DNA of 62,374 nt, the filler included. It is 6 parts of 6 records of this genome, joined end to end, with 100 filler letters (N's around TTAATTAATTAA, not from the genome) between each part and the next. Parts side by side here need not be neighbours in the genome. Positions count along the whole stretch, not along the records: positions 1 to 4,650 come from SRR20825010_4610; positions 4,751 to 9,572 come from SRR20825010_4616; positions 9,673 to 17,116 come from SRR20825010_4618; 3 more parts are not named here. The stretch is one strand, 5' to 3'. Of the stretch, positions 1 to 10,288 are shown piece by piece. Both the position numbers and the translations under genes were made by a program. Below the pieces are notes generated by a model. That model worked only from the letters and a program-made list of their open reading frames with translations. It did no database searches and was not told the DNA's origin. The stretch's first letter is position 1. Each line of letters starts with the position of its first letter.

Positions 1-361
1 CCTGCGTTGCGGCATGGCGGGCGATACCGGCAACCGTGCCAATCGCCAGACTGTGGTCGCCACCAACGAAGATCGGGCTCCAGCCCGCGCCCGCAATCTG
101 GGTGGCATGACCCATCAGGCTGTCGGTCCAGGCTGCCGTCATGGCGATGTTGCGCCCCCGTCCCCGTTCCGGCACTTCGCGGGCCAGGGGCGCCGGTTCG
201 GCATTGCCAAAATCCCGCACCTCATGCCCCAGATCAGACAATGCCTCCCCCAGGCCGGCGATCCGCATGGCATCCGGCCCCATCTGGCAACCCCGCAGGC
301 TGGCACCGGAATCAACGGGCGCACCCAGAATGGCGATCTTGCGTGTCAGGCTCTCATGCAT
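1..361 (-). CDS. rocF: Arginase, N-terminal part (runs off the window start; not in the ORF track)
   Basis: Manual minus-strand translation from ATG 361 gives MHESLTRKIAILGAPVDSGASLRGCQMGPDAMRIAGL...PIFVGGDHSLAIGTVAG. GGDHS and GPxAxRxAGL are arginase motifs. Confidence 0.9.
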   Translation of the reverse strand, partial: MHESLTRKIAILGAPVDSGASLRGCQMGPDAMRIAGLGEALSDLGHEVRDFGNAEPAPLAREVPERGRGRNIAMTAAWTDSLMGHATQIAGAGWSPIFVGGDHSLAIGTVAGIARHAATQ

Positions 362-442
362 GGTCAGGTCATCCGCTGTGCTGAATCGATCAGGTTCCGG
401 GCCGCATCACCGGTCCCTGTCGCATGATGGACCGCATGAACG

Positions 443-469
443 AAAAAGGGGAGCCGCTGGCTCCCCTTT
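443..469 (-). terminator. Probable intrinsic terminator downstream of the cyclase gene
   Basis: Minus strand reads AAAGGGGAGCC-AGC-GGCTCCCCTTTTT, about 27 nt after the stop at 496. Confidence 0.75.
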
Positions 470-495
470 CCCGTAATCCGATCAGATGGTCGCTG

Positions 496-1458
496 TTACC
501 AGAGAGCCACCGGATTGATGATCATCTGTACCGTGCCCTTGATCCGGGCCTGGCCGAGAACGAACATGAATTCCGTCACGCCCTCCTTCGCCAGACGACC
601 CGTGTTCATGGTCTCCAGAATGTAGATGCCATTTTCCTTCAACAGCGTGACATGGCCATAGAACAGCTTGTCGCCCTTCGCCGGGGGAACTGAATCCAGA
701 CCCCAGGTGTCGGCACCGACAGCCATGACATCCTGTGCCGCCAGATAGACAGCGGCTTCGTTGTTCATGCCCGGTTCGCCACTGACCCATGCGGTCGGAT
801 CGGAAGTGAGCTTGCCGTCGGTCCAGCCAGTGTGGAACAGAACCACATCGCCGGTGCGGATTTCCACGCCCTGTGCCTTGGCAGCGGCCATGATATCGGC
901 AGACCCGAAGGACTGGCCCGCAGCCATCACTTCAACACCGAAATGCTTCGCCATGTTGATCAGCACACCACGTCCCACAAGCGGCGGAATGTTGTGCACA
1001 CCAAGCTTTGTCAGGCCGGTGACCTGCGAGATCTCCTTGTCGGAGTTGCAGTTGTAGTACATGCCCTTTTCACCGAGATGGCCAAGACCATCGATCTGCG
1101 GGCCGATACCGAACCAGAGCTGTGCAATGTCGTCATTGTAGACGGCTTCATAACCGAACTGCGTCAGGCGGTTGCCACCTGCCTGGCCCGGCGACACGAC
1201 CTGAAGCATCAGACCGCGCGGCGGGAACGCCGGCGTCGAGCTGTCGATGACGATGCCCAGCGGATGCGAATTGCCTGTCTTCACCAGCTTGGTGGCCATC
1301 ATGACCTGCTTCGGCGTCACATGGTTCGCGGAACCGATCTGGTCATCCGCGCCCCACTTGGACGGCTTGCATTCGGATGCCGCATGGCTGCCTGCCATCG
1401 CGGTACCGGCAGCGAACAGGGCAAGGCCCATGCTGACTGCAAAGACTGATTTCCTCAT
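496..1458 (-). CDS. Exported cyclase-family (kynurenine formamidase-like) metal hydrolase
   Basis: Signal peptide; WGADDQIGSAN, QIDGLGH, GRGVLI, GDVVLFHTGW, VGADTWGLD, HVTLLKENGIYILE motifs. Confidence 0.8.
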   Translation of the reverse strand: MRKSVFAVSMGLALFAAGTAMAGSHAASECKPSKWGADDQIGSANHVTPKQVMMATKLVKTGNSHPLGIVIDSSTPAFPPRGLMLQVVSPGQAGGNRLTQFGYEAVYNDDIAQLWFGIGPQIDGLGHLGEKGMYYNCNSDKEISQVTGLTKLGVHNIPPLVGRGVLINMAKHFGVEVMAAGQSFGSADIMAAAKAQGVEIRTGDVVLFHTGWTDGKLTSDPTAWVSGEPGMNNEAAVYLAAQDVMAVGADTWGLDSVPPAKGDKLFYGHVTLLKENGIYILETMNTGRLAKEGVTEFMFVLGQARIKGTVQMIINPVALW

Positions 1459-1633
1459 GAATGTTTCCTCCGTTTCGTCCCCATCGGGCAGCCGTCTTCA
1501 CGCGGCTGCTCCTCCCCACCCGAAAACATCTCCGGCAGGATATTCATTGTCAGGGGCAATAACCTGCATTGGCAAGGGACAATTGCCGTGGCGGCAAGTT
1601 TGCGCCGTGTGGAATGCCGTGCGCCTTCACTGA

Positions 1634-2752
<1,119 letters not shown>

Positions 2753-2754
2753 CC

Positions 2755-3930
2755 ATGACTCTCGCCCCCTCTGACCGTGGTGGCCCGCTGACCGGGATCA
2801 CCGTCATCGACCTGACCCGCGTTCTTGCCGGCCCGTACTGCACCCTGATGATGGCCGAACTCGGCGCCCGCGTGATCAAGGTGGAGGAGCCGGAAGTCGG
2901 TGACATCAGTCGCTCCATCGGTCCGTTCCTGAATGGCAAGTCGGCCTATTTCATCAGTCTGAACCGCGACAAGGAAAGCATCGCCCTGAACCTGAAGGTC
3001 GATGCGGACCGGGCCATCTTCGAACAGTTGCTGGATCAGGCTGACGTGCTGGTGGAAAACTATCGCCCAGGCACCATGGAAAAACTCGGCTATGGCTGGG
3101 AAATGCTGCACCGGCGCTGGCCGTCCCTGATCTATGCCGCCGCCAGTGGCTTTGGCCAGACCGGCCCCTATGCCAAACGCCCCGCCTACGACATGGTGGT
3201 GCAGGGCATGGGCGGGGTGATGAGCCTGACCGGACACCCCGGTGGCCCGCCGACCCGTGTCGGGTCATCCATCGGCGACCTGGCGGCAGGCATGTTCGCC
3301 GCCGCTGGCATCAACGCCGCGCTGTTTGAACGCACCCGAACCAACCTGGGTGTGATGGTGGATGTGGGCATGCTGGACGCCCAGGTCGCCCTGCTGGAAA
3401 ACGCCATCGTCCGCTATACCGCGACGGGGGAAATTCCCGGCCCGCTCGGCGCGCGGCATCCGTCCATCGCGCCCTTTGCCGCCTTCACCAGTGGCGACGG
3501 CCACATCATCGTCGCCTGCGGCACCAACAAGGCATTCCTGGACCTTGCGGAGGCACTGGGCGCGCCGGAGCTGGGCCGCGATCCGCGCTTTGACACTCCG
3601 ACCATCCGGGTCGAGAACGTGGCGCAGTTGCAGGTGGTGCTGGATGACCTGTTCGCCACGAAGACAACGGCCGAGTGGCTGGCGATACTGGAGGCGAAGG
3701 GACTGCCCTGCGGCCCGATCAACAATGTGGCGCAGGTCATGGCTGACCCGCAGGTCGCCGCCCGCAACATGATCGTCCACACCGAAGACCCGGTGGCCGG
3801 CCACGTGCAGATGGGGGGCAATCCGATCAAGATTTCCGGTCACCCGGACGGCACCCTGCGCAGACATGCACCGAACCTGGATGAGAACCGCGAGGCCCTG
3901 CTGGCCGAATTGGCGACGCAGGCGACGTAA
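2755..3930 (+). CDS. CaiB/BaiF family III CoA-transferase
   Basis: GPLTGITVIDLTRVLAGPYCT, NRDKESIALNLK, ENYRPG, SGFGQTGP, catalytic-Asp region SIGDLAAG. Confidence 0.92.
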   Translation: MTLAPSDRGGPLTGITVIDLTRVLAGPYCTLMMAELGARVIKVEEPEVGDISRSIGPFLNGKSAYFISLNRDKESIALNLKVDADRAIFEQLLDQADVLVENYRPGTMEKLGYGWEMLHRRWPSLIYAAASGFGQTGPYAKRPAYDMVVQGMGGVMSLTGHPGGPPTRVGSSIGDLAAGMFAAAGINAALFERTRTNLGVMVDVGMLDAQVALLENAIVRYTATGEIPGPLGARHPSIAPFAAFTSGDGHIIVACGTNKAFLDLAEALGAPELGRDPRFDTPTIRVENVAQLQVVLDDLFATKTTAEWLAILEAKGLPCGPINNVAQVMADPQVAARNMIVHTEDPVAGHVQMGGNPIKISGHPDGTLRRHAPNLDENREALLAELATQAT

Positions 3931-3986
3931 CGAGGGCAGAAGAACCGGGCCAGAGAATCCGGACCGGGAATACAGGGAACCCCATC

Positions 3987-4650
3987 ATGGAATGGCTGAC
4001 CGAGCAGAAGATCCCCATCGGCAAGGCGGCCAAGTCGGTCGTCGAATGGATCACGGACAATTTCGCCTGGTGGTTCGACGCCTTCTCCATCGGCATGGAA
4101 ACCGCGATCGATGGCCTGCTGTGGCTGTTGCAGGCACCACACCCGTTCATCATCGTGGTGCTGGTCACGGTGCTGGCCTGGGTACTGAAACGGTCCATCG
4201 GCTTCACGGTATTCGTAGCCCTGTCGCTGCTGCTGATCATCAATCAGGGATATTGGGAAGAAACCACGGAAACCCTGGCGCTGGTGCTTTCCGCAGCCGT
4301 GGTCTGCATGGTCGTCGGCGTCCCCATCGGTGTCGCGGCGGCGCACCGGCCCTGGCTGTTCCGGCTGCTGCGCCCGATTCTGGACCTGATGCAGACCATC
4401 CCGACCTTCGTCTATCTGATCCCGGCGCTGATCCTGTTCGGTCTGGGCATGGTGCCAGGGCTGATCGCCACGGTAATCTTTGCCATTCCCGCCCCGATCC
4501 GCCTGACACATCTGGGCGTTTCCTCCACGCCGAAGCCCTTGATCGAAGCCGGGCAGGCTTTCGGTGCCACGGGCTGGCAATTGCTGTGGAAAGTGGAACT
4601 GCCCTACGCCCTGCCGTCCATCCTGGCGGGGCTGACCCAGACCATCATGC
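3987..4650 (+). CDS. Choline/glycine-betaine ABC permease (ChoW/ProW-like), truncated at contig end
   Basis: RPILDLMQTIPTFVYLIP, EAA loop LIEAGQAFGATGWQLLWKVELP, GLTQTIM. Confidence 0.9.
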
Positions 4651-4750
4651 NNNNNNNNNNNNNNNNNNNNNNNNNNNNNNNNNNNNNNNNNNNNTTAATT
4701 AATTAANNNNNNNNNNNNNNNNNNNNNNNNNNNNNNNNNNNNNNNNNNNN
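4651..4750. other. Artificial contig linker
   Basis: N44-TTAATTAATTAA-N44 (stops in all six frames). Confidence 0.99.
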
Positions 4751-5491
4751 CAGCCAGGCCTTGGCTATATTTTCTGGCGTACCGAGAATGACAAGCTGGA
4801 AGGTGCCGGACCACTGGCCAAGAATATCGGACCCGAGCGCACCGAGCAGATTCGCTCCGAGCTGGGACTGAAGGACGGCGATGCCGTGTTCTTTGTCGCC
4901 GGTCAGCCAAAGACCTTTGCCTCTTTTGCAGGCCTAGCCCGCACACGCATCGGCAAGGATCTGAACCTGATCGAAGAAGGTGTCTTCAAGTTCTGCTGGA
5001 TCGTCGATTTCCCGATGTTCGAATGGAACGAAGACGAGAAGCGTGTTGATTTCTCACACAATCCATTCTCAATGCCTCAGGGCGGGTTGGATGCGCTGGA
5101 AAATCAGGATCCGCTGACAATCAATGCCTATCAATATGACATTGTCTGCAACGGCATCGAGCTTTCGTCGGGCGCCATTCGTAACCACAAGCCCGAGATC
5201 ATGTACAAGGCGTTTAACATCGCCGGCTATGATGCTGCTGTGGTTGAAGAAAAATTCGGTGGCATGCTGAATGCGTTCAAGTTCGGCGCACCGCCGCATG
5301 GTGGTCTGGCGCCGGGGATCGACCGCATGGTGATGTTGCTGGCCGGTGTTGAGAACTTACGTGAAGTTACAATGTTCCCGATGAACCAGCAGGCTCAGGA
5401 TTTGCTCATGCAGGCCCCCTCGCAGGTTGAGCCCAAGCAGCTGAAGGAACTTCACATCCGCGTGGCATTGCCGCTCGAAAAGAAGGCCTGA
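4751..5491 (+). CDS. aspS: Aspartyl-tRNA synthetase, C-terminal part
   Basis: Open from the contig start (QPGLGYIFW...); [34 protein letters not shown], class II motif 3 [12 protein letters not shown]. Confidence 0.97.
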   Translation, partial: QPGLGYIFWRTENDKLEGAGPLAKNIGPERTEQIRSELGLKDGDAVFFVAGQPKTFASFAGLARTRIGKDLNLIEEGVFKFCWIVDFPMFEWNEDEKRVDFSHNPFSMPQGGLDALENQDPLTINAYQYDIVCNGIELSSGAIRNHKPEIMYKAFNIAGYDAAVVEEKFGGMLNAFKFGAPPHGGLAPGIDRMVMLLAGVENLREVTMFPMNQQAQDLLMQAPSQVEPKQLKELHIRVALPLEKKA

Positions 5492-5916
5492 TGAGCCAAC
5501 GCAGCGCCAGAGAGCGGTTTGCCCAAGCCGTTCTCTACGAAGTCATTGCTTTGGTGCTGCTGACGCCGGTCTATAGTTTTGCCCTCGGCCTGCCGATGGA
5601 CAATTCCTTTGCCACCATGCTGATGATCTCGGTGGCAGTGGTCATCTGGGTCTGGATTTATAACACGATCTTTGACCGTGTGATGTTTGCGAAAACGGGT
5701 CGTCTTGCACATGACAAGACGACCCGTTTGCGTATTCTCCATGCTGGCCTCTATGAGCTCACAGTGACCTTTATCGCGGTGCCGATCATTCTTGTGATGA
5801 GCGGAAAGCCGATCTGGGTGGCACTGCTCGCCGATATTGGCTTCAGCATGATCTTCGCGATCTACACCTATGTGTTCTATCTGATCTATGACCGGTTGCG
5901 GCCCGTCCGGGCCTGA
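5491..5916 (+). CDS. PACE-family (AceI-like) efflux transporter
   Basis: Two bacterial transmembrane-pair repeats: RFAQAVLYE...YNTIFD and RILHAGLYE...FYLIYD; 141 aa, 4 TM. Confidence 0.85.
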   Translation: MSQRSARERFAQAVLYEVIALVLLTPVYSFALGLPMDNSFATMLMISVAVVIWVWIYNTIFDRVMFAKTGRLAHDKTTRLRILHAGLYELTVTFIAVPIILVMSGKPIWVALLADIGFSMIFAIYTYVFYLIYDRLRPVRA

Positions 5917-5934
5917 CAACCGGCTACAGATGGT

Positions 5935-6543
5935 TCAGAGGTCAGCTTGTCCGGCTGCACCTTCAGGCGCAGAAGTACCCGACGGGCTGCTCATGGGTGT
6001 GGTGCCTTCGTGGGGGGCGGGGACAGCGACGTTGTCATCACTTTGCGAGAAGACCGGCACCGGCACATTGTTGACCGGAATGATTACGCCATTGGAAGCT
6101 GTCAGCGCCTCGCCTGACTGGTCTGCGCCGAACGCATCGCCATAGTGCAGCACGGGGCCTGTTCCGGTAATCGTGACAGGGTCCTTTTGAAGCGTGTTCA
6201 CGGTTACCGTTTGGCCCTTCAGGCTGTCAGGTGTGTGGCTGCCGGGGATGATCTGGTAGAGTAAAAGTGCGGCGGTGTTTTCCCTGTCCGTCTTTCCCAG
6301 CATGTCCTGGTAACCGCCTTTGATCTTGTCAAAGGCTTCATTGGTCGGAGCAAAGACCGTGCGTGTGCCATTGGTATAATTATGGCGAGTGCCAGTTGCA
6401 TCAATGATGCTGACCAGTGTGGAAAATTGCGGGTCGGATTTGAGAGTTTCATAGATATTGCCGGCTGCCAGAGCGGGGGCCACGGTGGCGGCGCTGCCAA
6501 GGGCGACCATCGCAAATGCGGCTAAAGCTGATCTGAATTTCAT
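5935..6543 (-). CDS. Secreted fasciclin (FAS1) domain protein
   Basis: Signal peptide; FSTLV, H1 motif TVFAPTNEAF, H2 motif ASNGVIIPVN; Pro/Ser-rich tail. Confidence 0.88.
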   Translation of the reverse strand: MKFRSALAAFAMVALGSAATVAPALAAGNIYETLKSDPQFSTLVSIIDATGTRHNYTNGTRTVFAPTNEAFDKIKGGYQDMLGKTDRENTAALLLYQIIPGSHTPDSLKGQTVTVNTLQKDPVTITGTGPVLHYGDAFGADQSGEALTASNGVIIPVNNVPVPVFSQSDDNVAVPAPHEGTTPMSSPSGTSAPEGAAGQADL

Positions 6544-6710
6544 GTCTGCTCATCCCAATCGTTTTGCATGCCAAAAGCGGCAGAGGTTGCTCGTTTGCGA
6601 CCTGTCTAGGAGGAAATTTAGCCACTCAATTCGACCAAATTGCGACAGCAAAATGGCAGGCAAAATAGGTGGAGCAGGCAGTTTCTCGCAGAATTCCTCT
6701 TTCAAATTTG

Positions 6711-6743
6711 AAAAAAAAGGGGAAGGCACATGCGGCCCTCCCC
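6711..6743 (-). terminator. Intrinsic terminator of the outer-membrane protein gene
   Basis: Minus strand GGGGAGGGC-CGCATGT-GCCTTCCCC-TTTTTTTT, about 22 nt after the stop. Confidence 0.85.
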
Positions 6744-6764
6744 AAGATGTCTTCGACGAAAAAA

Positions 6765-7391
6765 TCAGAATGACAGCGTGGCTGTCGCCATGACGTTATG
6801 CGCGGAAAAACCATCTGTGTCGTCATCGCCCGTATCTGCGTAGAGATAGCGATACTGCGCACCCAGCGAAAAGCCATCGCTCAGCTTCAGGTTGACACCG
6901 GCGGTGCCCTGAACGGCAAAATCCGTGCCCGAGCTTTCGCCATTGATGGGAACGCCACCAACGGAGTTGATTTCGAGATCCGAGAAGGCAGCACCCGCGC
7001 CACCGCCCACATAGGGGTCGATCGACGCATTCTTGCCGCCAAAGTGATAAGCGGCATTGGCAAGAAGGAGTGTGGACGAGAAGCTGCCGTCAACGGTTGT
7101 GCTAACGCCTAAAAGGGAAAGCTCGTCGAAATCTGCCGAAAGATAAGACACTTCGCCTTCGACAGTCAGATTGTCATTTACCCATGTGCCGAATGCACCG
7201 GACACTGTCCAGCCGTTATCGAACGAGAAGGTGCCTGTTGCGCCGGGCGCGACGACATCAATATCTTCCGGCATGATGATGCCGCCCGACAGGCGGGCAT
7301 AGTTGTTCCCCACAGCAACTTCGTCGGCAAGAGCCGGAGCAGACACGACGCAGATCACTGCGGCTGCCAGCATAAGTTTGGTCTTACTCAT
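6765..7391 (-). CDS. Outer-membrane 8-stranded beta-barrel (OmpW/Omp25/opacity-like)
   Basis: Signal peptide, DPYVGGGAGAA, LGAQYRY, amphipathic strands, C-terminal Phe. Confidence 0.85.
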   Translation of the reverse strand: MSKTKLMLAAAVICVVSAPALADEVAVGNNYARLSGGIIMPEDIDVVAPGATGTFSFDNGWTVSGAFGTWVNDNLTVEGEVSYLSADFDELSLLGVSTTVDGSFSSTLLLANAAYHFGGKNASIDPYVGGGAGAAFSDLEINSVGGVPINGESSGTDFAVQGTAGVNLKLSDGFSLGAQYRYLYADTGDDDTDGFSAHNVMATATLSF

Positions 7392-7664
7392 TTATATTCC
7401 CCCCAAAAACACTTGATCTTACTTAAATACAGCCCCCAATTTTGACTGCTGATTAAATCGGTAGAAGGAGTAGTTATATTCGTCAACGGACGTTTTATTA
7501 TTGTGCAATGCGAAATTTGCAAGTGTTGTTATTAAGTCACTTCAATTTACTTGTATTTTCCATCCAGAAAAAATTGCCCGTCTGCATTCGTATGGAATTG
7601 CTATAGGTTTTCATGTGGTTAGTTCGGACGGATGCACCTCCTCCTTCAGAATCTTGGGTGAATA

Positions 7665-8285
7665 ATGGCACTAAGTTTAATCGGCGCCGGATTCGGTCGA
7701 ACAGGAACGCTCTCGCTTAAGGCAGCTATCGAACAATTGGGGATAGGACGTTGCCATCACATGATGGAAGTTTTTATGAACCCCGCTCAGGCGTCGCTTT
7801 GGGCCGCGGCGGCCAATGGCGCGCCCACGGACTGGGACAGTCTGCTTAAAGACTATAGCGCCACCATCGACTGGCCGAGCTGTCATTTTTGGGAGGAACT
7901 GGCAGACCATTTTCCGAATGCTAAAGTTCTTTTGTCGCATCGCGACCCGGAGAAGTGGTTCTCCAGTTTCTCCGAAACGATTATGAAGGTTATCGCGGAA
8001 CCGCAATCCGAAGGCGATGCTTCAACGGACGTTATCGGCGGCATGGGCACATTAATTGTCCGTGACAAGACTTTCGGTGGAAATTTTGACAAGGCGCATG
8101 TGCTGAAGGTCTATAACGACCATATCGAGAAGGTGAAGCGCACCATCGCGCCCGAACGCCTGCTGGTCTATGACGTCAAAGAAGGCTGGGAGCCGCTTTG
8201 CAACTTTCTCGGCGTGGCGGTGCCGGAAACAGAGTTTCCGCGCACCAATTCGCGTGAGGAATTTCACTCACATAAGCCGAAATAG
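7665..8285 (+). CDS. Sulfotransferase-like P-loop protein (Sulfotransfer_4 type)
   Basis: IGAGFGRTGTLSLKAA, CHHM, DWP, RDPEKWFSS, EGWEPLCNFLG, FPRTN. Confidence 0.85.
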   Translation: MALSLIGAGFGRTGTLSLKAAIEQLGIGRCHHMMEVFMNPAQASLWAAAANGAPTDWDSLLKDYSATIDWPSCHFWEELADHFPNAKVLLSHRDPEKWFSSFSETIMKVIAEPQSEGDASTDVIGGMGTLIVRDKTFGGNFDKAHVLKVYNDHIEKVKRTIAPERLLVYDVKEGWEPLCNFLGVAVPETEFPRTNSREEFHSHKPK

Positions 8286-8301
8286 GTATGGTTCAATATC
8301 T

Positions 8302-8988
8302 TCATTTAGAACGTTTGGCAAAATCTTCTAGCAAATGGTCAATAGGAGATTTGCCGTTCGTTATATAAGGGATATCGACAGGAAGTGAATTGGGCACATA
8401 GTCTTGGATTGCACGACGTTCCAGGATGTGGGGCACTGCTTCGGCACTTGAAATTCCAAATACATCGCCAGCCTTTCGATCAACGCTTGAATGCATGAAC
8501 TTGCCAAAACTCTGACATTCCCAATTGCCACCGGACGTTTGAGTGGCAGGGTTGTAGGTGTCGCTTCCATATTGATAACACATCGCAGTGACATCTTTCC
8601 CCGTTCGTTTATCCTTCTTTGTGCGGATATCCCATTTCGCTTTGAGAATGACCTTGTTTCCCGGAAACCAGAGGTAGTTGATGCCGTCCGGAGCGTTGTA
8701 CTCAATCTGATTTCCGAAGTTCATGCCGAAATCATAGGATACGCTGGTTTGGCCAGATACAAGTGCGCGCGCCTGATCCACTGGCATAGCGGAATTCTTC
8801 GCGAGTTGGTCGAATGCCCGTTGTGCGTTTGGGGCCGCAATATAGCTACTTGACGTAGCTGTTTTGCCGTCGCTGTAGGTGCGGGTGATTGTTTCGACGC
8901 CGCCCTTGCTGCGACTTTCGCATGCAGATAACACAAAGGTCATACTCAAAGTGAGTACAACCATGCTTGCGCGAGTTATGAGTCTCAT
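8302..8988 (-). CDS. Hypothetical lipoprotein
   Basis: Lipobox VLSAC after a hydrophobic stretch; 228 aa; two further Cys (CYQY, WEC); visibly more AT-rich than its neighbours. Confidence 0.7.
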   Translation of the reverse strand: MRLITRASMVVLTLSMTFVLSACESRSKGGVETITRTYSDGKTATSSSYIAAPNAQRAFDQLAKNSAMPVDQARALVSGQTSVSYDFGMNFGNQIEYNAPDGINYLWFPGNKVILKAKWDIRTKKDKRTGKDVTAMCYQYGSDTYNPATQTSGGNWECQSFGKFMHSSVDRKAGDVFGISSAEAVPHILERRAIQDYVPNSLPVDIPYITNGKSPIDHLLEDFAKRSK

Positions 8989-8996
8989 TTTCTTAT

Positions 8997-9036
8997 CCCC
9001 CCTGATAATCCATTAGTTCACGGATCATCAGGGGGG
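8997..9036 (-). promoter_or_regulatory. 15-bp hairpin overlapping the Shine-Dalgarno region of the lipoprotein gene
   Basis: Minus strand CCCCCCTGATGATCC-10 nt-GGATTATCAGGGGGG, ending 8 nt before ATG 8988. Confidence 0.6.
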
Positions 9037-9085
9037 AGGTTCGGAAATGCAACGTAATAGAGGTGAATGCTTCTTGAAATTCCGT

Positions 9086-9572
9086 TCAGCTACACCCGCT
9101 AGTCCCACCACATGTATTGCATTTTAAGCACGTCCCATTCCGCACCATTGTGAAGTTGCCGCAATCGCTACAGGCTTCACCCTCATAGCCCTTCATGCGG
9201 GCTTCGGCGATGCGGTTGAAGCCGCCATGTGCGCCGCCGCCACCATTATTGCCGCCACCTGTCACTGTCTCGTCGCGCAATGTCGTCGAGTTGACGATCA
9301 TTTCCTCGGCATGTTCCGAAGCGTCAAGAATGGCCTTAGTGGCCGAAGCGCCAGCCACAGAGGCACGCATGGCACCTCCACGTACAATGTAGAGATTGCC
9401 CATCTGCGCATTACGCGTGAAGCCGGGGCTGACCACGCTGGAGGCGGGCAGCTTACCTTCATCGGCACCACCGCCCATCGCATCAAACGCAATGTCCTTG
9501 GGATCGACGTGACCGAGATCCGCGCGTCCGAGATAGGAGACCGCCAGTTCGCGGAACACATAGTCGAGGATC
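9086..9572 (-). CDS. nrdJ: Class II (B12-dependent) ribonucleotide reductase, C-terminal part
   Basis: ILDYVFRELAVSYLGRADLGHV, ARMKGYEGEACSDCGNFTMVRNGTCLKCNTCGGTSGCS zinc-ribbon end. Confidence 0.93.
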
Positions 9573-9672
9573 NNNNNNNNNNNNNNNNNNNNNNNNNNNN
9601 NNNNNNNNNNNNNNNNTTAATTAATTAANNNNNNNNNNNNNNNNNNNNNNNNNNNNNNNNNNNNNNNNNNNN
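9573..9672. other. Artificial contig linker
   Basis: N44-TTAATTAATTAA-N44. Confidence 0.99.
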
Positions 9673-10271
9673 CGCGTGATCACTCTTCCTTCAATATCCA
9701 CGATCCACGCATTGGTGGATGAACCTTCCGTCACAAACCCATCAGCATCGACAAGCCATGCCTCATAGGCACCGGCTTCGCGCGCTGCCTGCTTGGCCAG
9801 AATATTAGCGAGCAAAGAAATCGATTTAATGTCACGTCGCGCCCAACGCTGGTCGGGCATAGTGATTACGCCAACACCATTTTCGACAGACTGCGCGATA
9901 CGCGCCTCGTTGAGCCTTTTAGCTGTAATAATCAAAGCAGGGCGAACAGGTGGATTGGGAAACGGATGGTCTCTTCGCGCTACGCCGCGCGTAACTTGTA
10001 GATAAACCATACCGCTCACAATTGCGTTGCGACGCACCACTTCCCGCATAATATGGCGCAACGCGCCCCACGCCATTGGCGGAGCGATCTTCAGTTCCTT
10101 AAGTGATCGCTCAAGGCGCTCCAGATGATATGTCTCGTCCATGAGCAAGCCGCCGCGCACGCCGGACACCTCATAAACACCATCCGAAAACTGATACCCA
10201 CGATCTTCGATATGGACGGCGGCTTCGGCATGACGAACATACCGTCCATTCACGTAAGCGATGCGTGACAA
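9673..10271 (-). CDS. dat: D-amino-acid transaminase (class IV PLP), truncated at contig end
   Basis: DRGYQFSDGVYEV, YLQVTRG, DIKSISLL (PLP Lys), TEGSSTN; usual position after ntrX. Confidence 0.9.
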
Positions 10272-10288
10272 GGGGTTTCCTCTGCCTT

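Noticed and set aside
7..476. Plus-strand ORFs at the window start
   Set aside because: The real gene is the minus-strand arginase (1-361), absent from the track because its stop lies outside the window.
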